Shown: piece after piece, positions 36,927-46,429 of the stretch
Layout of the letters: each line of letters starts with the position of its first letter
Position numbering within the stretch: position 1 is the stretch's first letter
DNA from: Candidatus Bathyarchaeota archaeon
GTDB taxonomy: Archaea; Thermoproteota; Bathyarchaeia; Bathyarchaeales; Bathycorpusculaceae
Assembly (NCBI GenBank): GCA_963832745.1
Contig: CAWHVC010000004.1
Span: forward strand, 160,001 to 224,000
DNA length: 64,000 bases
Direction of reading: 5' to 3'
Made by a program: the position numbers and the translations under genes
Notes under the pieces: generated by a model
What the model saw: only the letters and a program-made list of their open reading frames with translations
Databases searched by the model: none
What the model was told of the DNA's origin: nothing

Positions 36927-38531
36927 GTGCTAAACATGAACGCTGATGGCAAAAGATTCCGAGATGCAATAATCGAGTTTTTACCTGATGCCACGTTTGT
37001 CATCGATTTGGACGGTAAAGTCATTGCTTGGAACAGCGCTATGGAAATGCTAACCAGCATTCCCCGAAGCGACATGCTTGGAAAAAGCAATTACGAATAT
37101 GCCCTTCCATTCTACAAAGAACGCAGACCCATGCTGGCAAACCTAATTTTCTTGCCTCAAGTTGACTTTGAAACGAAATATGACTCTATAGAAAGAATCG
37201 GCGACGCGCTTGTTGTAGAAATTTATTTACCCGATTTTAGACCAGGCGGCGTATACCTCTGGGCTAAAGCCAGTCCACTCTATGATTCACAGGGCGAAAT
37301 CGTCGGTGCCATCGAAACAATCAGAGACATAACAGACCGGAAACGAGCAGAAGAAGAAATTATTCGATCACGCCGCAGTCTTGCAGACATTCTCAGCTTC
37401 CTTCCCGATGCCACGTTTGTCATCGATTTGGACGGTAAGGTCATTGCTTGGAACAGCGCCATGGAAATGTTAACCAGTATACCTGCAGACTCCATGCTTG
37501 GAAAAGGTGACTATGAGTACGCAATCCCATTCTATAAGAAGCGGCGACCAATGTTGGCGGACCTAGTTTTCATGCCTGAAACAGAATTAAAAGAGAAATA
37601 TAACAATGTTGAACGCAACATGGACACTCTTGTTGTCGATGTTTTTATTCCAGATTTTCGGGTGGGCGGTGCCTACTTCTGGGCTAAGGCAAGTCCCTTG
37701 TATGACCCTAACAGTGGAAATGTAGTGGGCGCAATTGAAACAATCCGGGACATAACCGAACGCCGAGAACTTGAAGGACGGCTTGCCCGTTCAAATGCCG
37801 AGCTACAGATTGCTGCAGAAATACAGAAAAGCTTTCTACCCGAGGCGATTCCTCAAATTCCAGGTTTTGATGTCGCAGCCCGCACCGTTATGGCAAAGGA
37901 AGTTGGAGGAGACTTCTTTGACGTAATCCCATATGAAGTTATGACTCTTGATAAGGGCATGCATGGCATGCTCGTCGCGGATGTATCGGGAAAAGGTGTT
38001 CCAGCAGCCCTCTTTATGGCGTTGTCAAGGATTGTTGTTCGAGTGAACGCTCTTTGGCATCATGACCCCGCGAAAGTAATTTACAGTTCCAACAACACCA
38101 TAACCCAAGATTCAAAATCCGGCATGTTCGTAACCCTCTTTTTCGGACTGCTAAACGAGACAAACCGGTCCCTTACCTATGTTAACGCTGGACACAACCC
38201 GCCGCTAGTATTCCGGAGCCATGATGGGTCAGTTGAGAAGCTCATGCCTACAGGAATCGTGCTTGGGGCAGTCGAGAATTTGGAGTATAAGTCCAGAAGC
38301 GTAAAGATTGCGGAAGGCGACGTTGTTGTCATGTTTACCGATGGCGTTACGGAATCAATCAATTCGCAGAGTGAACTGTTTGGAGAAAAGCGGCTTATAG
38401 CGGTTATTCAGAAAAACGCTGGCCTTTCGGCTCAGGGGATTCTTGAGCAGATTTTGGTTGAAGTAAACGCGTTTGCGGGAGATATGCCGCAGGCAGATGA
38501 TATCACGTTACTTATTATCAAGGGGACCTGA
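36927..38531 (+). CDS. PAS-PAS-PP2C (SpoIIE/RsbU-like) phosphatase
   Basis: Two PAS/PAC repeats; EVGGDFFD, ADVSGKGVPAA, NAGHNPP, FTDGVTE, DDIT motifs. Confidence 0.93.
   Translation: MLNMNADGKRFRDAIIEFLPDATFVIDLDGKVIAWNSAMEMLTSIPRSDMLGKSNYEYALPFYKERRPMLANLIFLPQVDFETKYDSIERIGDALVVEIYLPDFRPGGVYLWAKASPLYDSQGEIVGAIETIRDITDRKRAEEEIIRSRRSLADILSFLPDATFVIDLDGKVIAWNSAMEMLTSIPADSMLGKGDYEYAIPFYKKRRPMLADLVFMPETELKEKYNNVERNMDTLVVDVFIPDFRVGGAYFWAKASPLYDPNSGNVVGAIETIRDITERRELEGRLARSNAELQIAAEIQKSFLPEAIPQIPGFDVAARTVMAKEVGGDFFDVIPYEVMTLDKGMHGMLVADVSGKGVPAALFMALSRIVVRVNALWHHDPAKVIYSSNNTITQDSKSGMFVTLFFGLLNETNRSLTYVNAGHNPPLVFRSHDGSVEKLMPTGIVLGAVENLEYKSRSVKIAEGDVVVMFTDGVTESINSQSELFGEKRLIAVIQKNAGLSAQGILEQILVEVNAFAGDMPQADDITLLIIKGT
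36987..37480 (+). repeat. Intragenic duplication of the PAS-coding segment
   Basis: 36987..37060 and 37407..37480 match at 70/74 nt; offset 420 nt. Confidence 0.85.
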
Positions 38532-38579
38532 GCCTGTTATGTCAGAAGAAAACCCTAAAAACCCTGGAAGGAGACAACC

Positions 38580-39005
38580 GTGAAAAGCTTTGAGCTTACC
38601 GTGGAGAGCAGGCTGGAAAGTCTTCCTAAGATAAGCGCGTTTATTGATGAAGCAATGCAGCACTATAACGTACAAAACGTAAAAGAAGTGTATGCAGTCC
38701 AGTTGTCGGTTGATGAAGCCTGCACTAACATAATTAAACATGCATACGCGAACAAAAGCGATGGAAAAATTGTTATTCGCTGCACGCTGTGTAAGGCACC
38801 TGACAAGTTTGTAGTGGAAATAATGGATTGGGGTTGCCCTTTTGACCCAACAACTCTGCCGACGCCTAATACGAAAAGCGGTTTGGATGAACGAAAGGAA
38901 GGCGGTTTGGGCATCTTTTTTATAAGAAAATTCATGGATGAAGTTAGCTATCGTAGAAGTGGCGATATGAATTTATTAACAATCGCCAAGTATATAAAAA
39001 AATAA
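38580..39005 (+). CDS. RsbW/SpoIIAB-like Ser/Thr kinase (anti-sigma fold)
   Basis: DEACTNIIKHAY, DWGCPFDP, GGLGIFFIRKFMDEV motifs. Confidence 0.92.
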   Translation: MKSFELTVESRLESLPKISAFIDEAMQHYNVQNVKEVYAVQLSVDEACTNIIKHAYANKSDGKIVIRCTLCKAPDKFVVEIMDWGCPFDPTTLPTPNTKSGLDERKEGGLGIFFIRKFMDEVSYRRSGDMNLLTIAKYIKK

Positions 39006-39023
39006 TTACTGGAGAAAGAATAC

Positions 39024-39359
39024 ATGGAAACAAGGACAGAAGGAAATACAACCATCGTAGTAATGGTTCCCAGATTCGACGCTTATACTGCCAATGACGT
39101 TGATACAGCATTAAAAGAGTTACTTGCGAAGGGCACCAAAAAAATAATCTGTGATTTCTCCCAAACCGATTATGTAGCCAGTGCTGGCCTTAGGGTTCTT
39201 TTGTCTTCAGCTAAAACCCTGCAAAGGCAAGGCGGCCAAATTGTTTTATGCTCAATGAAACCTTACGTTCATGAAGTTTTTGAAATATCTGGGTTTACTC
39301 AGATTTTCAAAGTTTTTGAATCTAAAGAAGAAGCCTCTAAAAGCCTCAACCAACCATAA
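39024..39359 (+). CDS. STAS-domain RsbV/SpoIIAA-like antagonist
   Basis: DYVASAGLRVL phospho-site loop; EVFEISGF. Confidence 0.92.
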   Translation: METRTEGNTTIVVMVPRFDAYTANDVDTALKELLAKGTKKIICDFSQTDYVASAGLRVLLSSAKTLQRQGGQIVLCSMKPYVHEVFEISGFTQIFKVFESKEEASKSLNQP

Positions 39360-39380
39360 AGAGGAGAAGCAAGCAGTTAA

Positions 39381-40607
39381 ATGTCAACTATAAAGTCTGA
39401 AGCAGAACGATGCCTAAAATGCAAAGTGCCCAGCTGTTCCAAGGGTTGTCCTGTTGGAACTCCTATCCCTCAGGTTACGACAAAGTTCTTGGAAGGCAAA
39501 TTGGAAGAAGCAGGCAGGCTGCTTTTCAACAACAACCCCCTATCCGCCATAACCTCAATCGTTTGTCCGCATGACAGAAACTGCAAGGGTCACTGCATAC
39601 TAAACAAGAAAGGTCAACCGGTTGAATTCTATAAAATAGAGCAATACATCTCACGTTTCTATTTGGAAACCTTCCAGCCACCGCAGGTTGAGAGAAACGG
39701 CAAAAAAGTAGCAGTTGTAGGCGCTGGCCCAGCTGGAATAACAGCGAGCATAATTTTAGCGAAAAAGGGTTATTCAATCACTTTATTTGAGGAAATGGAC
39801 AGCATCGGTGGAGCCATGCGTTATGGCATTCCAGAGTTTAGGCTACCTAGAAGCATCTTTGAGTTTTACAGAAAAATTCTTGACTCTTTAAATGTTAAAT
39901 TCCGTCCCAACACCCAGATAGGCACCAATTTTAGCGCTGAAGACATGTTTCTTGATGGTTATGACGCTGTCCTTATTTGCACGGGCACAAACCGACCGAA
40001 CCGTTTCGGTCTTTTAGGTGAAACTTTAGGGCACGTGCATTTTGCTGTTGACTACTTGAGGTCTCCTGACGTCTATAAGCTGGGAAAGAACCTTGTGATT
40101 CTTGGAGCAGGAAACGTGGCTATGGATGCCGCAAGAACCGCCATCAGAAAGCAACACGTCGACGTTACCATTCTCAATTACAGGGCACCAGAGGATGTAA
40201 CGGCAGATAAAGCGGAAGTGGAAATGGCAATGATTGACGGCGTAAAACTGCTTCATAACTGCCAAGTCGTCCGTATCATGGATAATTCTGTCAAGTGCGT
40301 AAAAGTTGATAAAATCATCGCTGAAGACGGTTCAGTGAGTATAAAAGAGGATTTTAAATCTGCGTTTGAATTACCTGCTGAAGCTGTAATTATTGCGATC
40401 GGTCAAGGTCCCGGTTCAGACGTAGTAAGCGTCGGAGGCGCCAAAGTCACACAGAAAGGACTTTTACAGGCGGACGAGTTTGGTCAAACGTCACAAGAAG
40501 GAGTATTCGCTGCAGGAGACGTCGTTACTGGCCCTAGAACGGTAATCGAAGCCATTGCGTCCGCAAAAAAAGCATCAGAAAAAATTGAAGAATACTGTAG
40601 CAAATAA
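39381..40607 (+). CDS. GltD/SudA/NfnB-like NAD(P)H-dependent Fe-S flavoprotein
   Basis: RCLKC...CSKGCP, GAGPAG, YGIPEFRLP, GAGNVAMDAAR, FAAGDV motifs. Confidence 0.9.
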   Translation: MSTIKSEAERCLKCKVPSCSKGCPVGTPIPQVTTKFLEGKLEEAGRLLFNNNPLSAITSIVCPHDRNCKGHCILNKKGQPVEFYKIEQYISRFYLETFQPPQVERNGKKVAVVGAGPAGITASIILAKKGYSITLFEEMDSIGGAMRYGIPEFRLPRSIFEFYRKILDSLNVKFRPNTQIGTNFSAEDMFLDGYDAVLICTGTNRPNRFGLLGETLGHVHFAVDYLRSPDVYKLGKNLVILGAGNVAMDAARTAIRKQHVDVTILNYRAPEDVTADKAEVEMAMIDGVKLLHNCQVVRIMDNSVKCVKVDKIIAEDGSVSIKEDFKSAFELPAEAVIIAIGQGPGSDVVSVGGAKVTQKGLLQADEFGQTSQEGVFAAGDVVTGPRTVIEAIASAKKASEKIEEYCSK

Positions 40608-40788
40608 TTATATTCAATTAGTCGACCAGCAACTAATCTTCAAAATAAGCGTGGATAATGCTCATTTTTCCTCTAGCTTCAATCGTTACCTTTTGTTTCT
40701 TTTTTATTGTCAGGCATTAAATCGGTTAGCTGATTGACCAAAATCTTAATACAAATTAACATGTCTTTTTATCCGACTGGAATTTAAC

Positions 40789-42681
40789 ATGGAGTATGAA
40801 ATCTTTCTGCTTCTTGCAGCCATCTTGCTAATCTTCTTAGATATAGCAGTTTTTTCAAGAACTAAATTTTCTTCTAACCGCTTAAATTATGCGGGCTTTA
40901 TAGCGGCTGCATTTGCTTTCTTGTTGATATTAAGCTCTTACCTGTTGCTTTTGATTGCTTTTGTGAATAACGACTTTTCATTTGTCGGCGTCTACTCTTT
41001 TAGCTCATCAAACTTGTCCCTGTTATCAAAAATTTACGCCAGCTGGGCAGGCGCAGGTGGTTCAATGCTTTTACTAACCATAATTTTAAGCACGTTCTAT
41101 TTTGGGCTCAAAATTGCATCCTTAAAGAACACAGAGAAATTTAAAACACTAACTTGTCAGGTAATGGGTTTTGTTGTTATTGTCTTTACATTGGTATGTT
41201 TACTGAGAAACCCCTTTGAACGACTTCCAGTAGCCGCTGTTGAAGGTTTTGGGCTTAACCCTCAACTGCAGAGTGTATGGATGGCTATTCATCCTCCAAT
41301 TGTCTTTTCAGCTTACGCTTTTGTTGTACTTGCGTTTGCTTTGACAATTGCAAGTTTAAAAACCAACAAAGACATTGATACTTCAAAACTTTTCAAAGTA
41401 TCAACTTATGCTTCTTGGATGCTGCTTACTGTTGGAATAGCTTTAGGCGGTGTTTGGGCGTATGAAGTTTTAGGTTGGGGTGGATATTGGGCTTGGGATC
41501 CAGTAGAAACAGCATCACTATTACCCTGGCTTATTTTAACAGGTTACTTTATTGTAAAATCTATTACAAAAAATCTAAGTCTTACTCGGGAAACACTGAT
41601 TATGCTTACCTTTGCCAGTCTTGTTTTCCTAAGTGCCCTAACCCGTGGAGGGTTAACTCAATCTGTTCACTCGTATGCTGCCTCAGCAATTGGTCCAATA
41701 ATGCTACTGTTTGCTGTAGGTATGATGGGTTACTTTTTTTACTTGGCAAAAAGCAAAAGGAAAAGTTTCTTCAAATTAACGGTTGACAGGAAATCTTTGA
41801 CTTCCCGGTCATCTTTTGTTGGGTTTTGGGCGTTGATTTTTATTTCAATTGTGTGCTTGGTTGGGTTAGCTGTTCCGGATTTTGCTTACAGTTACTGGAC
41901 TTATCCATTTGTCTTGTTGTTTGTTATATCGTTGGTTGGTTTCAGTCTTAACGATAAAATGCATTATGCACGCCAATTCATAATCGTAACCGTAGGGTTG
42001 GTTGCTGGAGTTATTTTTACCTTGTTGGGTTTTGCTTCAGTAAATGTGCTTGTCACTTTAACTGTTCCTTTAATGGTTATAACCTTAGGTGCATTGTTCT
42101 ACAAGCTCGCAACTTCGATAAGGCGACGAACTCTTCTTTGGCAATACCTTTTCGGTATAGCAGTTGTCGTGCTGCTTTTAGGCGTATTTGTAAGTTCAGG
42201 AGCCAAAACTTCTACAACACTTCAAAATGTTAACGTTAACTCTCCAGTACATGCTTCGGACTTAACGGTAACTTTAAGCGATTTGCATGTAAGCAACAGC
42301 ACCACAAGGGTTTACAATACTCAAGTCGAAGGCGTTTTTCCTGAATATTCAATTGTTACTGCAGATGTTTCTGTTCAGGGCTCTGGTTTAAATTATAACG
42401 GTAACTTGCAAGCGGCTTTCTATCCGAATTATGGATTAGTAATTAACCCCCTAATTATCTCCACAATCACAGGTGACATTTACATTCATTTTGAATACAC
42501 TGATTCACTTTACAACTCTTTAACTCAGAATTTGATTGGACAAAGTGTACTTCCCGACAATTTAGCATTAACTATCCAAAATAATCCATTGATTTACTTG
42601 GTTTGGGCAGGTGTGATTCTCATGTTGTTGGCATTGACTGCTGAGTTTATACTTGGAAATAAACAAACAATTAGCCTTTAA
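40789..42681 (+). CDS. ccmF: Cytochrome c heme lyase CcmF-like
   Basis: GLNPQLQ, IHPP, WWD domain WAYEVLGWGGYWAWDPVETASL, SVHSY. Confidence 0.88.
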   Translation: MEYEIFLLLAAILLIFLDIAVFSRTKFSSNRLNYAGFIAAAFAFLLILSSYLLLLIAFVNNDFSFVGVYSFSSSNLSLLSKIYASWAGAGGSMLLLTIILSTFYFGLKIASLKNTEKFKTLTCQVMGFVVIVFTLVCLLRNPFERLPVAAVEGFGLNPQLQSVWMAIHPPIVFSAYAFVVLAFALTIASLKTNKDIDTSKLFKVSTYASWMLLTVGIALGGVWAYEVLGWGGYWAWDPVETASLLPWLILTGYFIVKSITKNLSLTRETLIMLTFASLVFLSALTRGGLTQSVHSYAASAIGPIMLLFAVGMMGYFFYLAKSKRKSFFKLTVDRKSLTSRSSFVGFWALIFISIVCLVGLAVPDFAYSYWTYPFVLLFVISLVGFSLNDKMHYARQFIIVTVGLVAGVIFTLLGFASVNVLVTLTVPLMVITLGALFYKLATSIRRRTLLWQYLFGIAVVVLLLGVFVSSGAKTSTTLQNVNVNSPVHASDLTVTLSDLHVSNSTTRVYNTQVEGVFPEYSIVTADVSVQGSGLNYNGNLQAAFYPNYGLVINPLIISTITGDIYIHFEYTDSLYNSLTQNLIGQSVLPDNLALTIQNNPLIYLVWAGVILMLLALTAEFILGNKQTISL

Positions 42682-42687
42682 TTTCTT

Positions 42688-43134
42688 TTAACCAAAGCTT
42701 AAGTGAAGCGCATAATACAGCAGCCCAAGTCCTAGAGATAACAACCAGATTGCCAATATTTTCCACATTAGCTTTTTTCTTGGAGCACAAAATTGTGTAC
42801 TGCTTGATTCATTTATTGCCCAAACCCAAACAAGCCATACGCCCAAAATTAATCCGACAGCTCCAATTACTCCATGAATTACGCCCATAGCAGCGACTAT
42901 ATTGAATGCGTTAAATGTTTCTGCGAAAGCAGAAACAAATGATGGCCCCATGTGCGAAAGTAACAGTAAAGCTGTGATTATCATAACAATAATCATTGAG
43001 TTGCCATGCCATACCGGTTTCCGTTTTTTTAATAGGTACAAGCTTAACCCTATCAAAGCTAAAGCAACAAGAAAGATGACAACGTTTGTTTCTGCCATCC
43101 ATTCGTGAACTACTTCAAATGAAACCATAAGCAA
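42688..43134 (-). CDS. Four-TM membrane protein with intramembrane histidines (DUF420-like)
   Basis: Hydrophobic helices with WHG, SHM and IHG; lies between ccmF and ccoN. Confidence 0.65.
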   Translation of the reverse strand: MLMVSFEVVHEWMAETNVVIFLVALALIGLSLYLLKKRKPVWHGNSMIIVMIITALLLLSHMGPSFVSAFAETFNAFNIVAAMGVIHGVIGAVGLILGVWLVWVWAINESSSTQFCAPRKKLMWKILAIWLLSLGLGLLYYALHLSFG

Positions 43135-43266
43135 CCCCTTTCTGCTGCTTTACCTTGTTAAATCCAGTTAATTTACTTTAAATTAGTCTTTGGCAATAGG
43201 TGCATTACTGAAAAGTTTTTTATAGTAAGTTAGCGTTTGGTAATTAAATCTATTTTGTGGTAAGTT

Positions 43267-44697
43267 ATGTCTCAACCCCAAGACGCTAATGTAGTGGTTC
43301 CTGAAAAAATCGATTACAAAACTTCAGATTCAGTATCTAAATACTGGCTGTACTCTGCTATACTATGGTTTCCAATTTTTGCCACTTTTGGCTTCATAAT
43401 GGCAATCAAATTTTTTTATCCTACATTTCTAATCGATTCAGCTTTTGATACATTTGGAAGAATCCGGCCAGCACACGTTAACGGGTTGCTTTTTGGCTTT
43501 TTATCTTCAGGCCTTATCGGCGCCATGTATTACGTTGTTCCCCGATTAAGCCACGTATCTCTGTATAAGCCACAGATTGGAAAAATATCTGCTGTATTGT
43601 GGAATGTTGCGGTTTTAACTGGTGTGCTTCTCATTATGGGTGGGGATACTCAGGCTAGAGAATACGCCGAGATGCCTTGGATAATTGATGTTCTTGTAGT
43701 CATTACATTAATTCTAATAGGAATCACAATAATTGGAACAATACTGAAACGGAAAGAACGTAAACTTTATGTGAGTTTATGGTTTTTCGCGGCTATTTTC
43801 CTTTGGTTCCCCATAGTCTATTTCATAGGAAACGTAATGTGGAATCCTCCAACAGGTGCACTTTATGGCTTAACAGACGCCATCGTCAACTGGTTCTACG
43901 GACACAACGTGTTAGGCTTATGGTTTACTCCTTTCGGGTTAGCTTTATGGTATTACTTTATACCTAAACTTACTAAAAGAGCATTATACAGCGTAACATT
44001 ATCGTTGATTAGCTTCTTTGCATTAGCGTTTTTCTACACTGGAGTTGGCGGTCATCACTTGCTTCAATCCTCAATTCCTGAATGGCTAAAAACAATCGCT
44101 GTTGCAACAAGCGGTCTTATGATGCTTTCAGTTCTAACTTTCGCCACTAACATAGGCATGACAATGCGTGGCGCTTGGCATTCATTTTTAAGCAATGTAC
44201 CTTTAAGGTTCATTCTTTTCGGTTTTATCTGCTACATATTTGTCTCTATTCAAGGAACCTTTCAAGCACTTCGCGATATGAACCTCTACTTGCATTACTC
44301 TCAATGGACTGTAATGCATTCACATTTGGCATTATACGCATCATTCGGTATTACCATAATGGGCATAATGTTCTACGTTATCCCAAAAATTTCCGGAAAA
44401 CAGCTTTACAGCAAAAAATTGATGGATGTAACTTGGTGGGTTTCACTGCTTGGTTTTGTAATTTTCATGATGGGCATGTTACTGGCTGGATTAGTAGCTA
44501 ACGCAGGTTGGTTTACAAGTCAAACAATAGCGCAAGTTTTGCCACTGCTCCCTCCTTACTTTATTATACGAGCAATAGGCGGCGGAATAGTTGTTGTATC
44601 TGCTTTCCTGTTCGCTATTAACATTATAATGACAATTTTGTCCAAACCAACAGGTGAAGAGTTGACTAAACAAACAATGGTGGTGCAGCAGGCATGA
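43267..44697 (+). CDS. ccoN: cbb3-type (C-family) cytochrome c oxidase subunit I
   Basis: FGRIRPAHVN, REYAEMPW, WFYGHNVLG, YTGVGGHHL, WTVMHSH: all six His ligands plus the helix VII Tyr. Confidence 0.92.
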   Translation: MSQPQDANVVVPEKIDYKTSDSVSKYWLYSAILWFPIFATFGFIMAIKFFYPTFLIDSAFDTFGRIRPAHVNGLLFGFLSSGLIGAMYYVVPRLSHVSLYKPQIGKISAVLWNVAVLTGVLLIMGGDTQAREYAEMPWIIDVLVVITLILIGITIIGTILKRKERKLYVSLWFFAAIFLWFPIVYFIGNVMWNPPTGALYGLTDAIVNWFYGHNVLGLWFTPFGLALWYYFIPKLTKRALYSVTLSLISFFALAFFYTGVGGHHLLQSSIPEWLKTIAVATSGLMMLSVLTFATNIGMTMRGAWHSFLSNVPLRFILFGFICYIFVSIQGTFQALRDMNLYLHYSQWTVMHSHLALYASFGITIMGIMFYVIPKISGKQLYSKKLMDVTWWVSLLGFVIFMMGMLLAGLVANAGWFTSQTIAQVLPLLPPYFIIRAIGGGIVVVSAFLFAINIIMTILSKPTGEELTKQTMVVQQA

Positions 44698-46280
44698 ATG
44701 GCTTCGAGAAAAAACTAGAAAAGAACTTTGAAAGAATAGAAAATGCTGTAACTAATCAAACAAAACATCGTAAAAAACTAAGCTTCAAAAATCTTTTCCC
44801 GTTAGTAGCTGGTGGGGTGGCTGTCTTCCTGCTTATGGTCAGCATGGTTGTAGTTGCTCCTTACATGTTCCTCTTAGATGTCCCCCCAACCGACACTGCA
44901 CACGTTTACACCACGCAAGAAGCTGAAGGCAGAAGCCTTTACATGAGTTTAGGTTGCTTCTACTGCCATTCTCAACAAGTTCGAGCCTCTGACTGGGGAC
45001 TAGGCAATGTTTCTCAAGAAGGCGACTACGTGTATGACAGCCCGAACTCTTTAGGAACAGAAAGAACTGGTCCTGACCTTGCTCAAATAGGCGGTATGCG
45101 TCCAACTGCTTGGCATCAAATGCATTATAGAGATCCAAGAAGCGTATCTCCCGGTTCAATAATGCCCAACTTTGAATTCCTAACAGACCAACAAATCGAT
45201 TCCTTAATCACCTACATACAGAACCTCGGTCAAGAAAACCTACAAGTTCAACAATCAATAACTAACGGCTCCGCCTATCACCCGGTAGTTCCTGAAGAAT
45301 ACATAAACGCAACCAACCAGTTTGAACCAATGTATCTAACCGTTTTATCACAATATGATGCAACAAATGATGTTTACAATGGCAATGCCTCACTTGCAGA
45401 TCAATGGGCTGCGATTTATGACGTTGCCAAAGCCGATTACACCCAACGATGCTTACCTTGCCATGGCTGCTCTGGAAATGCTCAGGGCCCATACGCTCGG
45501 CATGTGGTAACTCAACCCGCTAACCTGCATGAAAGAATCGCTACTTTTCCAGGTGATAACTATCATATCTGGCGAGTGAGTGAAGGTGTGCCTGGAACTG
45601 CAATGCCTGCATGGAAGCTTTCTCTAAACAGCACCGAGATTCAGTTAATCGCAATTTACGAAATGAGCTTTGTTTTTGGTTCAGCAAGAACTTTTCCAGG
45701 AAGCACCTCAGACGATGAAGGCGACAATTACGCATTGACTGTTTTGAATACGCCGCCAATAAGCGGTACTCAGCAAGATTTCCAGTCAGGACAAGACATT
45801 TTTAATTTATACTGCGCTCAATGTCACGGTTCAGATGGTCAAGGTGACGGTCCAGCATCCATCAATGTTCCTGGCGGATATATCAGCCCTGCTCCAGCCA
45901 ACTTTACAGAGTCAGGAAGCGACTTCCAATATTATGGCAGATACGTCTGGAAAGTAAAAGAAGGAGTAGAAACGACCAACATGCCACCATGGAAATACGC
46001 CTTATCAGACAACGAAATCTACCAAGCAGTCTTATACGTTCAAAGCTTTTCAACAGCACAAGATTACAATTCAAAATGGGCACCACAATACACAGACCCC
46101 TATGCAAGAAACCTCAAGATTAACGCTGCATCAAGTAGCTTCACAAGTATAGAAACTAACCCTGTTGCCGTAATAGCGGTATTGTCCGCTGCTGTGCTTT
46201 GGAATCTGCAGGTAAATCGCCAAATTTTACGAACCAAAAATTTAACCTGTTTTTTACGTTTTAGGAGGAACCTGAAGTGA
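44694..46280 (+). CDS. ccoO: CcoO fused to two extra class I cytochrome c domains (tri-heme)
   Basis: GCFYCHSQQVR, GTERTGPDL, PGSIMP (CcoO); CLPCH...TAMP; CAQCH...NMPP. Confidence 0.88.
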   Translation: MNGFEKKLEKNFERIENAVTNQTKHRKKLSFKNLFPLVAGGVAVFLLMVSMVVVAPYMFLLDVPPTDTAHVYTTQEAEGRSLYMSLGCFYCHSQQVRASDWGLGNVSQEGDYVYDSPNSLGTERTGPDLAQIGGMRPTAWHQMHYRDPRSVSPGSIMPNFEFLTDQQIDSLITYIQNLGQENLQVQQSITNGSAYHPVVPEEYINATNQFEPMYLTVLSQYDATNDVYNGNASLADQWAAIYDVAKADYTQRCLPCHGCSGNAQGPYARHVVTQPANLHERIATFPGDNYHIWRVSEGVPGTAMPAWKLSLNSTEIQLIAIYEMSFVFGSARTFPGSTSDDEGDNYALTVLNTPPISGTQQDFQSGQDIFNLYCAQCHGSDGQGDGPASINVPGGYISPAPANFTESGSDFQYYGRYVWKVKEGVETTNMPPWKYALSDNEIYQAVLYVQSFSTAQDYNSKWAPQYTDPYARNLKINAASSSFTSIETNPVAVIAVLSAAVLWNLQVNRQILRTKNLTCFLRFRRNLK

Positions 46281-46429
46281 ATATTGACATGTTGATATAT
46301 ACTATAGGCGCTTTTCTCATTACTCTAATAACGGCTGGTTTTGTAGTTTGGGCTTTCAAGACTAAACAGTTTGAAGCCAACGACTTTTTACGTTACATGC
46401 CACTTGAGGAGGACGCAGACGAAGAATGA
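46277..46429 (+). CDS. ccoS: CcoS/FixS-like oxidase assembly peptide, 50 aa (absent from the ORF track)
   Basis: Translated by hand: MNIDMLIYTIGAFLITLITAGFVVWAFKTKQFEANDFLRYMPLEEDADEE; WAxKxxQF motif; GGAGG upstream; overlaps both neighbours by 4 nt. Confidence 0.72.
   Translation: MNIDMLIYTIGAFLITLITAGFVVWAFKTKQFEANDFLRYMPLEEDADEE

Noticed and set aside
43267-44697. Nitric oxide reductase call for the heme-copper subunit
   Set aside because: It has HNVLG and YxxxxxHH typical of cbb3, lacks the NOR helix VI Glu, and is followed by ccoO and ccoS-like genes
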